DNA of 64,000 bases from a virus. The notes below the pieces were generated by a model, which saw nothing but the letters and a program-made list of their open reading frames with translations, did not search any database and was not told the DNA's origin. Shown in pieces: positions 52,101 through 62,058 of this stretch (its first letter is position 1; the number at the start of each line of letters is the position of its first letter). The position numbers and the translations under genes were made by a program. Location of the stretch: IMG/VR virus record IMGVR_UViG_3300044991_001301; one strand, written 5' to 3'.

Positions 52101-53030
52101 ATGGTTAAAAGATATTATGGGGGCGTAATATCTGCTACACAAGCTGTGGCTAATGTAACATCAGCTTCTGGATTTTTTAATACTAGTCAACAAATACAAG
52201 CTAAACAGGCCGGCAATTGGCCTGGGCCAATACCTGTGTTTACTGTACTTGTTGTTGCGGGCGGAGGATCGGGCGGTGGTGGCGGTAACCAAGCGGGCGG
52301 TGGTGGCGGCGGCGCTGGTGGAGTAACGCCTGTTAGTAACCTCATTCTGTCGGTTGGAGTAACTTATACGGTTAGTGTCGGCGCCGGGGCTACTGCAATA
52401 TCTGGTGGTAGTGGCGTAAAGGGCGGGAATTCTGCAATTGGTACTACTACTGCTGAAGGCGGCGGCTTCGGAGGTGGTTGGAACTATGCTAGCAGTACAG
52501 GAGGATCTGGTGGTGGTGCAGGATATGGCAATGTCCAGGCTGCATCGGCTTCTAACGCAGTAGCTCCTCAACTTGGAAATAGTGGTGGAGCAGGTATTTC
52601 TACTGGCGGATACCCAGGTGGCGGTGGAGGTGGTGCCGGCGCGGCAGGAGGTAATGCACCAAATAATGTGACTGGCGGAACAGGAGGTATAGGATACCAA
52701 TCATCAATTAGCGGCACTGCTACCTATTACGGTGGAGGCGGAGGAGCAGGTAATTGGAGCGGTACTGCAGGTACCGGTGGAACCGGCGGCGGAGGTACCG
52801 GAAGTACTAGTGCGCAGGGATCAAGTGGTACAGCTAATACTGGTGGTGGTGGTGGTGGTAGTACTGCTAATGCTAGTCAAGGCACCGGTGGAACAGGCGG
52901 CGGCGGCATAGTTGTTCTTAGTTATCCGGATTCTTATCGAGCAGCTACATCTGCTCCCGGAGCAACAGCTACAACCTCCGGTGGTAATAGAATATATACT
53001 TGGACTACTTCTGGATCTTTTACATTCTAA
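52101..53030 (+). CDS. Glycine-rich adhesin (polyglycine domain)
   Basis: LVVAGGG..GGGGAGG, YYGGGGG, GTANTGGGGGG, GGGGIVVLSYP. Confidence 0.75.
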   Translation: MVKRYYGGVISATQAVANVTSASGFFNTSQQIQAKQAGNWPGPIPVFTVLVVAGGGSGGGGGNQAGGGGGGAGGVTPVSNLILSVGVTYTVSVGAGATAISGGSGVKGGNSAIGTTTAEGGGFGGGWNYASSTGGSGGGAGYGNVQAASASNAVAPQLGNSGGAGISTGGYPGGGGGGAGAAGGNAPNNVTGGTGGIGYQSSISGTATYYGGGGGAGNWSGTAGTGGTGGGGTGSTSAQGSSGTANTGGGGGGSTANASQGTGGTGGGGIVVLSYPDSYRAATSAPGATATTSGGNRIYTWTTSGSFTF

Positions 53031-53046
53031 ATAAGAAAATTAAATA

Positions 53047-53406
53047 ATGAGTCATTTTGCACAAATAGATGAAAACAACACAGTAACACAGGTTTTAGTA
53101 ATAGAACAAGCTGTTGTAGATACCGGTATGTTTGGCGATCCAACCAGCTGGATTCAAACCAGCTATAATACTAGTGCAGGAGAACATAGACTCGGTGGCA
53201 CTCCGCTCCGTAAAAATTATGCCGGCATCGGCTACTCATATGATAGCACAAGAGATGCTTTCATTCCACCTAAACCATTTGCAAGTTGGGTATTAGTAGA
53301 AGATACTTGCTTATGGCAAGCACCTACTCCACGGCCATCTGATGGAAAAATGTATACCTGGGATGAAGATACACTATCTTGGATTGATATAACTATACCT
53401 CAGTAA
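53047..53406 (+). CDS. Small protein accompanying the glycine-rich adhesin (putative chaperone)
   Basis: MSHFAQID...WIQTSYN...RKNYAGIGYSYD..RDAFIPPKPFASW. Confidence 0.7.
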   Translation: MSHFAQIDENNTVTQVLVIEQAVVDTGMFGDPTSWIQTSYNTSAGEHRLGGTPLRKNYAGIGYSYDSTRDAFIPPKPFASWVLVEDTCLWQAPTPRPSDGKMYTWDEDTLSWIDITIPQ

Positions 53407-53467
53407 CTGTTATAGGAGTCAAATTGGATTAAATACATAGATAGACCAACATATAAGAGATTTACTA

Positions 53468-56400
53468 ATGGCAATTACAAAGTTACAACCGTTTAACCTA
53501 GATTCAACTGCTAACTATACCTTTGCCAATATTACCACCGGCAATGCTAATTTAGGAAATGCAGCTACTGCAAATTATTTCATTGGATCAGGTAATAACT
53601 TAAGTAATATTCAGTCTGCCAATTTGTCCGGACAAGTAGCTAACGCACTAGTATCTGGCACTGTGTATACAAACGCTCAACCAAACATAACAAGTGTTGG
53701 TAATTTAACTGGGTTAACCGTAAGTAATGCAACAGGTGTAGTTGATTTTACTACTACAGCAAACGTTACATTGGGTACAATTGCTAATGTACATATCACA
53801 GGCGGTTCTAGTAGTCAATATCTACAAACAGATGGCGTGGGTAATTTATCCTGGTCTACCATAAGTTCTAGTGCTATTAGTAATGGCACAAGTAATGTTA
53901 ATATCCCCACAGCAAACGGCAATGTAAACTTAACGGCTGTAGGTAATACTACAATGGTAGTTACTGGTACAGGTGCTAATATCACTGGTACAGCTAATGT
54001 TTCAGGGACAAGTTCATTTGGTGCTAACGTAGACTTAAACACCAACTCCATCAATAATCTGCACGACCCTGTTGCAGCGCAAGATGCGGCTACCAAGAAT
54101 TATGTTGATACAGTGGCTAAGGGGTTGAACATTCACGAAGCTGCCTACGTAGCTACCACTGGTAATCTAGATACAGCTACATCGGGAACGGTATCGTATA
54201 ACAACGGCGCATCGGGAGTTGGTGCTAATCTAGTAACAACTGGAACGTATTTGTTAATCGACGGTGGTAATGTACAGACAGTTGGTACTCGTATCCTCGT
54301 TAAAAATGAAGCAAATCAAGCATGGAATGGCGTGTACACATACGCGAATACTACCGTTATTGTACGTGCTATAGACTTTGATACATCCACTGAGGTAAAT
54401 GGTGGAGACTTCTTATTTATAACTTCGGGTAGTACACAGGCTGATACTGGCTGGGTGCAGATAACAGATAATGTGGTTATTGGCACAAGTAACCTCGTAT
54501 TCGATCAGTTTTCAGGTGTAGGTACATATCAAGCTGGTACCGGTTTAACATTAACCGGGCAAACCTTCTCAGTAAATGTAGCGCAGCCCACAATCACTAG
54601 TGTTGGTAATTTAACTGGGTTAACCGTAAGTAATGCAACAGGTGTAGTTGATTTTACAACCACAGCTAATGTTACATTGGGTGCGGTAGGTAATCTACAT
54701 ATAAGTGGCGGTTCTAGTAGTCAATATCTACAAACAGATGGCGTGGGTAATTTATCTTGGTCTACCATAAGTTCTAGTGCTATTAGTAATGGCACAAGTA
54801 ATGTTAATATCCCCACAGCAAACGGCAATGTAAACATAACTGCTGCCGGTAATACCACACTGGTAATCACTGGTACTGGTGCTAACGTTACTGGTACAAT
54901 TAATGTAAGTGGTAATGCTAATATTGGCGCGGGAAATGTTGTTTGGGATGGTACAAATTTTAGAATTAATACAACTAAAATTCAATTAGGTTCTAATGCT
55001 GGTGTTACCAGTCAAGGCGCAAATGCAGTAGCTATTGGTGTCAATGCCGGCAATAACTTTCAAGGCGCCAATTCAGTAGCAATTGGTAGTCTGGCTGGCG
55101 CCAACCCGGCCACTGTATCTACCAATTATGTATCAGGTGGAGAGATTGATACCACCCTAATAGTTGTAGACACTACTGGGATTATTTCAGGTATGAAAAT
55201 ATCTGGAACAGGGTTCACTAGTGGACAAACAGTAGTTTCGGTGACTGATGGAACAACATTGGAAATATCAGCGTCGGCAGACTCAACCCCATCTGGATCG
55301 CTAACATTTGTAGGTGGCCAAGGTGACAATTCAGTAGCTGTGGGTTTGTATGCTGGTTCAGTACTGCAAGGCACATATTCAGTAGCTATTGGCGCTGCGG
55401 CTGGCAGTACCCGGCAAGGGGCATCAGCAGTGGCTATCGGGTTGAGTGCGGGAGTAGGCAGCCAAGGCGCAAGTGCAGTCGCTATTGGTGATAATGCTGG
55501 TCAAGATACACAAGGCGCAAATGCGGTAGCTATCGGTAGTAAGGCTGGTACCTATCTTCAATCTAATAATGCAGTAGCTATAGGACATCTGGCTGGTGCG
55601 TATTCACAAGGTACATATTCAGTGGCTATCGGTTACTATGCTGGCAATAATACTCAAGGTATTTTTTCAGTGGCTATCGGCCAATATGCCGGCTTCGACC
55701 ACCCGGGTGGTTACACAGTTGCAATTGGAAGTTCAGCTGGCCGATATACACAAGGCGCAAGTGCAGTGGCTATTGGTGAGAATGCCGGTAGCAACACGCA
55801 AGGCACATATTCAGTGGCTATCGGTGCTAATGCCGGTAGCAACTTGCAAGGCGCAAATTCAGTGGCTATCGGTGCTAATGCCGGTAGCAACACGCAAGGC
55901 ACATATTCAGTAGCAATTGGTAGAGGTGTAGGTGCCAATACACAAGGCGCAAGTGCAGTGGCTATTGGTGATAATGCCGGTAAAAATACACAGGGCAGTC
56001 GTTCAGTGGCAATTGGCTTCTACGCCGGCGGCGGCGATCAAAGCCTCTATTCAGTAGCTATTGGTGACCAGGCCGGCACCACCAATCAAGGTGGAAATGC
56101 GGTGGCTGTCGGTCCATTCGCCGGCGCGTTCGACCAAGGCGCAAATTCAATAGCTATTGGTGCACGTGCTGGTCAAGGCGATCAAGGCGCAAATTCAGTG
56201 GCTATCGGCCGCTACGCCGGCGGCTATACGCAAGGCGTAAATGCCGTAGCTATTGGTGCTAATGCCGGTTATACCAGTCAAGGCAATAACTCAATCATTA
56301 TTAACGCAACTGGCGCAAACTTAGAGCAAACTACTGCTAATACATTTACTGTGGCACCGGTTAGAAATGATACTTCAAATATTGCTGAAGTTATGTTCTA

Positions 56401-57598
56401 CAATGCTACTAGCAAAGAAGTTACATATGGTAACACAATTAGTATTGCTGGTAATATTTCAGCAGGTAATGTAAGTGGAAATGGCACAGTCCAAGCAAAC
56501 AATCACACTGTAACTGGCGCAGCTACTGGTAATTTGAATGTGTCTACTATTACTGGTAACTTGGGATTTAGATCACTAGCATCAACATACACAGATGATT
56601 CGGCTTCAGCCTCAGGCACTATAGCTCTAGCTGCGGTACACGCATTAGCAATACCAACAATAGCAGCATCAAATGCAACTGTAACCGTCACTACGGGAGC
56701 GACATTGTATGTTGCAGGTGCCCCCGCAAACAGCACTAATATCACCACATTTACTAATCCCTATGCGTTGTATGTGGCTGCCGGTAATAGCTTTTTTGGT
56801 GGCAATATTATAGGTAATCTTGCAAATGGCAATTCAAGCGTTAAGATACCTGCAGCTAATGGTAATATAAATCTAACGGCTGTAGGTAATACTACAATAG
56901 TAGTGACAGGTACTGGTGCCAACATCACTGGTACATTAAATGTAAGTGGTAATGCTAATATTGGTCTAGGTAATGTTGTTTGGAATGGCACAAACTTTAG
57001 AATTAACACCACTACTATTCAATTGGGTGCTAATGCTGGTGTTACCAGTCAAGGCGCGAATTCGGTAGCCATTGGTGCCAACGCCGGCGTTACCAACCAA
57101 GCAGCCAACTCGATAATTATTAACGCAACTGGTGCGACCTTAGACCAAACAACAGCCAATACATTTACAGTTGCACCAATCAGAAATGATACAAGCAACA
57201 TAGCTAATGCGCTATACTATAACATAGCAACTAGCGAGATATCTTATGCTCCACCTGCAGGTGGGGGTAGTACTACGGTAGTAGCGTATCCAGATTCTGC
57301 TACAATTACACTAAATTCAGCAAATACTGACATAGGTACACAAACAAATACACAGGTGGCCGGCACGCTAACTATTGCGGCACCAACTGGTTCACCAACA
57401 GACGGACAAAAAATAATGATTAGACTACAAGCAACCAATACACAGACTTTTTCCTTTAACGCCGTATTCAACGGATCACTAGATTTATCATTGCCCACTA
57501 CCAGTAGCAATGGTAGTAAATACGATTACCTAGGATTTATTTATAATTCAGGTGCTACAAAATGGAACTTTATTACTAGAAACTTTGGATTTGTATGA
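53468..57598 (+). CDS. Fibre protein with YadA-head-like (Hep/Hag) 15-aa repeats
   Basis: More than 20 QGxxSVAIGxxAG repeats; internal ~240-bp duplication; C-terminal PTGSPTDGQKIMIR...DYLGFIYN....W. Confidence 0.8.
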   Translation: MAITKLQPFNLDSTANYTFANITTGNANLGNAATANYFIGSGNNLSNIQSANLSGQVANALVSGTVYTNAQPNITSVGNLTGLTVSNATGVVDFTTTANVTLGTIANVHITGGSSSQYLQTDGVGNLSWSTISSSAISNGTSNVNIPTANGNVNLTAVGNTTMVVTGTGANITGTANVSGTSSFGANVDLNTNSINNLHDPVAAQDAATKNYVDTVAKGLNIHEAAYVATTGNLDTATSGTVSYNNGASGVGANLVTTGTYLLIDGGNVQTVGTRILVKNEANQAWNGVYTYANTTVIVRAIDFDTSTEVNGGDFLFITSGSTQADTGWVQITDNVVIGTSNLVFDQFSGVGTYQAGTGLTLTGQTFSVNVAQPTITSVGNLTGLTVSNATGVVDFTTTANVTLGAVGNLHISGGSSSQYLQTDGVGNLSWSTISSSAISNGTSNVNIPTANGNVNITAAGNTTLVITGTGANVTGTINVSGNANIGAGNVVWDGTNFRINTTKIQLGSNAGVTSQGANAVAIGVNAGNNFQGANSVAIGSLAGANPATVSTNYVSGGEIDTTLIVVDTTGIISGMKISGTGFTSGQTVVSVTDGTTLEISASADSTPSGSLTFVGGQGDNSVAVGLYAGSVLQGTYSVAIGAAAGSTRQGASAVAIGLSAGVGSQGASAVAIGDNAGQDTQGANAVAIGSKAGTYLQSNNAVAIGHLAGAYSQGTYSVAIGYYAGNNTQGIFSVAIGQYAGFDHPGGYTVAIGSSAGRYTQGASAVAIGENAGSNTQGTYSVAIGANAGSNLQGANSVAIGANAGSNTQGTYSVAIGRGVGANTQGASAVAIGDNAGKNTQGSRSVAIGFYAGGGDQSLYSVAIGDQAGTTNQGGNAVAVGPFAGAFDQGANSIAIGARAGQGDQGANSVAIGRYAGGYTQGVNAVAIGANAGYTSQGNNSIIINATGANLEQTTANTFTVAPVRNDTSNIAEVMFYNATSKEVTYGNTISIAGNISAGNVSGNGTVQANNHTVTGAATGNLNVSTITGNLGFRSLASTYTDDSASASGTIALAAVHALAIPTIAASNATVTVTTGATLYVAGAPANSTNITTFTNPYALYVAAGNSFFGGNIIGNLANGNSSVKIPAANGNINLTAVGNTTIVVTGTGANITGTLNVSGNANIGLGNVVWNGTNFRINTTTIQLGANAGVTSQGANSVAIGANAGVTNQAANSIIINATGATLDQTTANTFTVAPIRNDTSNIANALYYNIATSEISYAPPAGGGSTTVVAYPDSATITLNSANTDIGTQTNTQVAGTLTIAAPTGSPTDGQKIMIRLQATNTQTFSFNAVFNGSLDLSLPTTSSNGSKYDYLGFIYNSGATKWNFITRNFGFV

Positions 57599-57831
57599 GC
57601 ATACTTACCACCTACAACACATATCGGTTTGAAAAAACGCTTCCGGATGGCAGAAGATATTCTGATGCTATAATGCTACCAATGGACCATACCTTAACAG
57701 ATGAAGAAATTCTCGCCAAGCAGGAAGCAAGATTTGAACAGTGGATAATAGCTATCACTCGCGTAGACACACCAACTGATGTAGTACCAGACATAGTACC
57801 AGACATAGTACCAGACGTAGTACCAGAATAA
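57595..57831 (+). CDS. Small protein with C-terminal 12-bp repeats (DV/IVP x4)
   Basis: ATGA overlap with the upstream stop; tagtaccaga(c) repeats at about 57778-57828. Confidence 0.65.
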   Translation: MSILTTYNTYRFEKTLPDGRRYSDAIMLPMDHTLTDEEILAKQEARFEQWIIAITRVDTPTDVVPDIVPDIVPDVVPE

Positions 57832-57834
57832 TTT

Positions 57835-60800
57835 ATGGCTACCAAATATTGGAGAACAGCATCAACAGGCAACTGGGGTCTAAGCTCAAGTTGGTCCTTG
57901 ATCGGTCCAGGCGGAGGGACGACTGCCATCCCTACAGCAGCAGATGATGTAATATTTAATGTTAACGCTAATATTACAACCTCCACCGGTGTTTGTAGAA
58001 ACATAACTATAAATAGCGACGTATATCAGACCGGTACCGGCTCGATCACCGTCAGTGGCAGCATTTATATAAATCAATCATTTGGTCAAAGTTCCACTGC
58101 TGGTGCTATGATTATGACCAGCAGCAGCGCCGCAGAAATTTATCAATTCTATGGAAACTTTCACAAATTAACTATTAGTAAGGTTAGTGGAACTGTTACT
58201 TTACTGAGTGCGCTGAACGTGACTGTAGCTCCGACTACTAGTATTCTTAACTTTACTGCCGGTAATTTCTATTTCAACTCCTACACAGTAACTTGTTCGT
58301 TATTTGCTAGTTTAACTGGAACTCGGTCCTGGTCTCAGACTGGTGATATGTACGTCACTGGTACATCAGGTATTGTGTATAACGTATCTCCCGGTGGCGT
58401 TTCTACATATGATAGAACAGGAACGGTATATATACAAGGCGCAGCAGCAACTGTAACCGCAAATATGGGCGCTTTTTCGTATGCGACCTCGTGGAACATA
58501 ACGTTAGGATCTCCCTGGACCTATGCTATTACTGGCGCCGCCTATAATTTTACTCTCAACGGCGCGGCCTCCGGCGCGGTAACCGTATTTAACGACTTTG
58601 CTGGTACTGGTGCTAACTGTCCAAGCTTAGTAGTTACATTCTCTAATTCTTCTGCCGGACAAGTTAGAGAATTTAGTTGGGCAGGAACTTTATCGGGACT
58701 TACTATCCCTGCCCTGTTCGCTAACGTTACGTATAATATTAATTATGCTCGATTTACTGGCGCCAGTCCTCTAAATTTTTCTGGCTCAGGGTACACGTAC
58801 AATCTCTATGATGTGACATGGACTACTGGCCAGACCGCTTTAACTGGCGCTCTCTCCACTTATTACTTTGCTAATGTAAGTTGGACTAGCGGTGTGTTTT
58901 ATATTAGCGCTGCCACTTCTCAATTTTATTTTGGTATTGTACGGAATACTCTTAGTACAGGCTCTATGGTTTTTATAGGGATCGGCACCGTCTATCATAT
59001 TAATGATGGTTCTAACCCAGCAGATATACAATTAACAGGAACACTGGTATTTAGTGCAGGTACAATAGCGTTCGAGGATCTGTTCCATACAACGATAATT
59101 TGTAGAACGTTTACATCTGCGGTAACAACTGCTAGGGTAATTAATTGGAATACATTTTTTGATTCTTTTATTGTATGTACCGGAGTCGATGGCACGCTCC
59201 GCATATCAAACTCAACGGGGCTAACAACAAACACTACTGATAGTATGAATTATTCTGGTCAGGGTTCTGGAAGTAATACTTGTGGATTTAAAATAACCGG
59301 CACCGCCCCGGTTACCGGTAGCTTGTTTGGTACAATGACCCTTGCAAATGGTGCATTCAATGTATACGTTGGCGAAGGTGCAAGTACTAGTATTACTAGT
59401 GGAACAGTACGAAACTTAGTTTTAATAAACAATGTAACGATAACAACTGCATCGGTGGTTACCGTGCTAAAATCAGTGTATGCCTGGGGAGGAAGTTTAA
59501 TTACTCAGAACCTGACCGGGCTTACGTTGAATATGACCGGAATAGATTATTATACTTATGATTTCAATTACCGTGTTAGTGTTGTTAATTTTACTACTGC
59601 AAGCGCCCATTGGACATTAACTAATGTTTATGCGACTACTGGGAATTTTACTGGAGGTTTTTCAACTTACGACTATGGGAATCTTAATATAGTCGGTGTA
59701 TTGACTTATGGTGGATCGCAAGCAAACCATTATTTCATTTATGCACGCGCAGCAAGTGCAACCTATAACGGTACTAATTTTGCTGCTTGTACTTATGATG
59801 ACTTTCAACTTACAGGAGCTCATACGATAGGTGGAACTGATACCACTCATACTATGAATTATGTACGCGCAGCAAGTGGGTCTTATACTGGGACTGGAAC
59901 TTTCAACTACTATGATGTTGGTTTTACTGGCTTACTTACTGCGTCTGGTACTGGTTCCACACACAATCTTACATTAGTAACAGCGGCATCTATCACATTA
60001 TCTGGTACTACTGTAAATTATGCTCTTACAAATTGTACAGCAACAACCACAATTACATTATCTGGTGCATCGTCATATTATACTATTACCTACGTAAGGA
60101 CTGGCAATCTAGTATTAAGTGGATCTGGAGCACAATACTACTCCTATGATGTAGTTGCTACAAACACAACAAGTGGCGTTAATCTTACACTTGGTAATTT
60201 AGTTCTTTATCAAGATTTAACTGCTGCGGCATTCCTATGTACTGGGGCTTCAGCACGGTCTATAAATTTTGGTAATTATAACATAATAACATCAGGTGTT
60301 GGAGTTTGGAATTTAGCAACTACTACCGGACTTACTACAAGCACTACAGGTGGTGGCGCATATTTACAAGGATCAGGTACAGTATCTTTAGGTACACTTG
60401 ATCAAAATAATGCCATAAACATCACTCTGTTAATTAATGCTGCCTTCACCACAGGTACAATGCGAAACTTTGTAAATAGTCTAGGTTACCTTAACAATGC
60501 ATATTATCCAACTGGCACACCAACACTTACTATATATGGAAATGTAATATTATCCAATAATCCCGGATTTGCCTTAGGTCAAACAGATTTCTCACCCTAT
60601 TGGAGTGCTATTCCTATTATTATGGGCAGACCAGATGGTGGTGCGCAAACTTTGCAAACAGCAACTGATACTCCTTGGGGGCCGGCACTACTTACGCTTG
60701 GATCATTAACAATCAATCAGCCTAATACCATACAATTGACATACCCCACTGGGGCAACTACATTTGTGCATACTAATGGAACTCTTGATCTTACTAGTTA

Positions 60801-61911
60801 CTCATTGAATGTGAAAACTTCATATACAGTAACTAATAATGCTAATGCTAAGTATATCTCTTTTGGTGCTAATGATATTATTATTGCTGCAACAACAGGA
60901 ACACCGTGGAGTGCAACAGATAGTAATTACTTAACATGTTCTGGTACTGGGCAAGTAACCATTAGAGGTGGTACTGTTGTAAACGGTAGTACTAGTAGAA
61001 AATATGCAGATCAACCTAACTTCTATCTACAAGAAAATGCAACAGCGTATACATTAACCTCTCCATTTACTACTAGAAATTTGACTATTAACAATTATAC
61101 GCCTACTGCAAGTTTCATATTTTATATTGGTGGAAATTTAGTATGGACTTTCTCTGCAACAGGTATACCAAGTACAGTTACGTTTACTTTTAATTCAAGT
61201 CCTGCTGCTACTATATCAACCAATACAACTAGTTTTGCCCTTCCCTTGGTAACTGTTAATGACAAAACATTAACTGCTGCTAGTAATATATTATTTACCG
61301 ATATGGTAGTGAACTCGGGCTTTGCTTCTGCTGGATATACAATGAATGTCAGTACATTGTTAACAGTTAATAGTGCGGGTTCAATTACGTGTGGTGCAAG
61401 TACTTGGAATATGCTGGGAAGTGGAGCCAGTACAGGATGGAATATGATTTCTGGTGCTACTATTGACGCAGGAACTTCAACTATTGCTTTCAGTGGAGCC
61501 GGCGAGAAATATGCAGCATTTGGTTCGGGACAAACAGTCAATCAACTGACAAATTCAGGAACATTCACGCCGTCAAGTGGTGGCGATGGTACAAATTGGT
61601 TAAATTTAACCACAGCTACTACAGTCCGTACATTGACAAATACAGTTACACCAGCCGGATTTAAGTTTACTGCCACACCAACAGTTGGTAATTTGAGTAT
61701 CACCGGAGTTTCTGGCTCGCCGGCGTACCTGCAAGGAAATCTCACTAATAATGGAGTTTATTTACAAAACATACCATATGTTAGTTTACTTAACTCATCT
61801 ACTACTGGCGGGGCGGGATGGTATCTTGGTTACACTGCAGTAGACAACGGCGGCAGCACAGGCTGGCATTTTATTAATTCTTCTGCTTTTTCAGGGATGG
61901 CATTCTTTTAA
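57835..61911 (+). CDS. Large beta-helix-like adhesin / tail spike
   Basis: MATKYW...GNW...WS...PTAADDVIF at the N-terminus; T/G/N/Y-rich beta-solenoid pattern. Confidence 0.65.
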   Translation: MATKYWRTASTGNWGLSSSWSLIGPGGGTTAIPTAADDVIFNVNANITTSTGVCRNITINSDVYQTGTGSITVSGSIYINQSFGQSSTAGAMIMTSSSAAEIYQFYGNFHKLTISKVSGTVTLLSALNVTVAPTTSILNFTAGNFYFNSYTVTCSLFASLTGTRSWSQTGDMYVTGTSGIVYNVSPGGVSTYDRTGTVYIQGAAATVTANMGAFSYATSWNITLGSPWTYAITGAAYNFTLNGAASGAVTVFNDFAGTGANCPSLVVTFSNSSAGQVREFSWAGTLSGLTIPALFANVTYNINYARFTGASPLNFSGSGYTYNLYDVTWTTGQTALTGALSTYYFANVSWTSGVFYISAATSQFYFGIVRNTLSTGSMVFIGIGTVYHINDGSNPADIQLTGTLVFSAGTIAFEDLFHTTIICRTFTSAVTTARVINWNTFFDSFIVCTGVDGTLRISNSTGLTTNTTDSMNYSGQGSGSNTCGFKITGTAPVTGSLFGTMTLANGAFNVYVGEGASTSITSGTVRNLVLINNVTITTASVVTVLKSVYAWGGSLITQNLTGLTLNMTGIDYYTYDFNYRVSVVNFTTASAHWTLTNVYATTGNFTGGFSTYDYGNLNIVGVLTYGGSQANHYFIYARAASATYNGTNFAACTYDDFQLTGAHTIGGTDTTHTMNYVRAASGSYTGTGTFNYYDVGFTGLLTASGTGSTHNLTLVTAASITLSGTTVNYALTNCTATTTITLSGASSYYTITYVRTGNLVLSGSGAQYYSYDVVATNTTSGVNLTLGNLVLYQDLTAAAFLCTGASARSINFGNYNIITSGVGVWNLATTTGLTTSTTGGGAYLQGSGTVSLGTLDQNNAINITLLINAAFTTGTMRNFVNSLGYLNNAYYPTGTPTLTIYGNVILSNNPGFALGQTDFSPYWSAIPIIMGRPDGGAQTLQTATDTPWGPALLTLGSLTINQPNTIQLTYPTGATTFVHTNGTLDLTSYSLNVKTSYTVTNNANAKYISFGANDIIIAATTGTPWSATDSNYLTCSGTGQVTIRGGTVVNGSTSRKYADQPNFYLQENATAYTLTSPFTTRNLTINNYTPTASFIFYIGGNLVWTFSATGIPSTVTFTFNSSPAATISTNTTSFALPLVTVNDKTLTAASNILFTDMVVNSGFASAGYTMNVSTLLTVNSAGSITCGASTWNMLGSGASTGWNMISGATIDAGTSTIAFSGAGEKYAAFGSGQTVNQLTNSGTFTPSSGGDGTNWLNLTTATTVRTLTNTVTPAGFKFTATPTVGNLSITGVSGSPAYLQGNLTNNGVYLQNIPYVSLLNSSTTGGAGWYLGYTAVDNGGSTGWHFINSSAFSGMAFF

Positions 61912-62058
61912 ATAAATGTAGTTGACCCAATCACTCTTCTCCTGTCATACCACAAGTGTTATACTTATAAAAAGTTAGAGTATCTTGCCGCGCAAAATAT
62001 GTATTTAATTACGGAACTTGCGCGGTGCTAAGTAGTATACTCTACGATATTATAATAT

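Noticed and set aside
55310-56290. Regularly spaced 45-bp units resembling a CRISPR array or DGR repeats
   Set aside because: They are in-frame, degenerate coding repeats (QGxxSVAIGxxAG). There is no constant repeat with unique spacers, and no cas or reverse transcriptase gene in the window.
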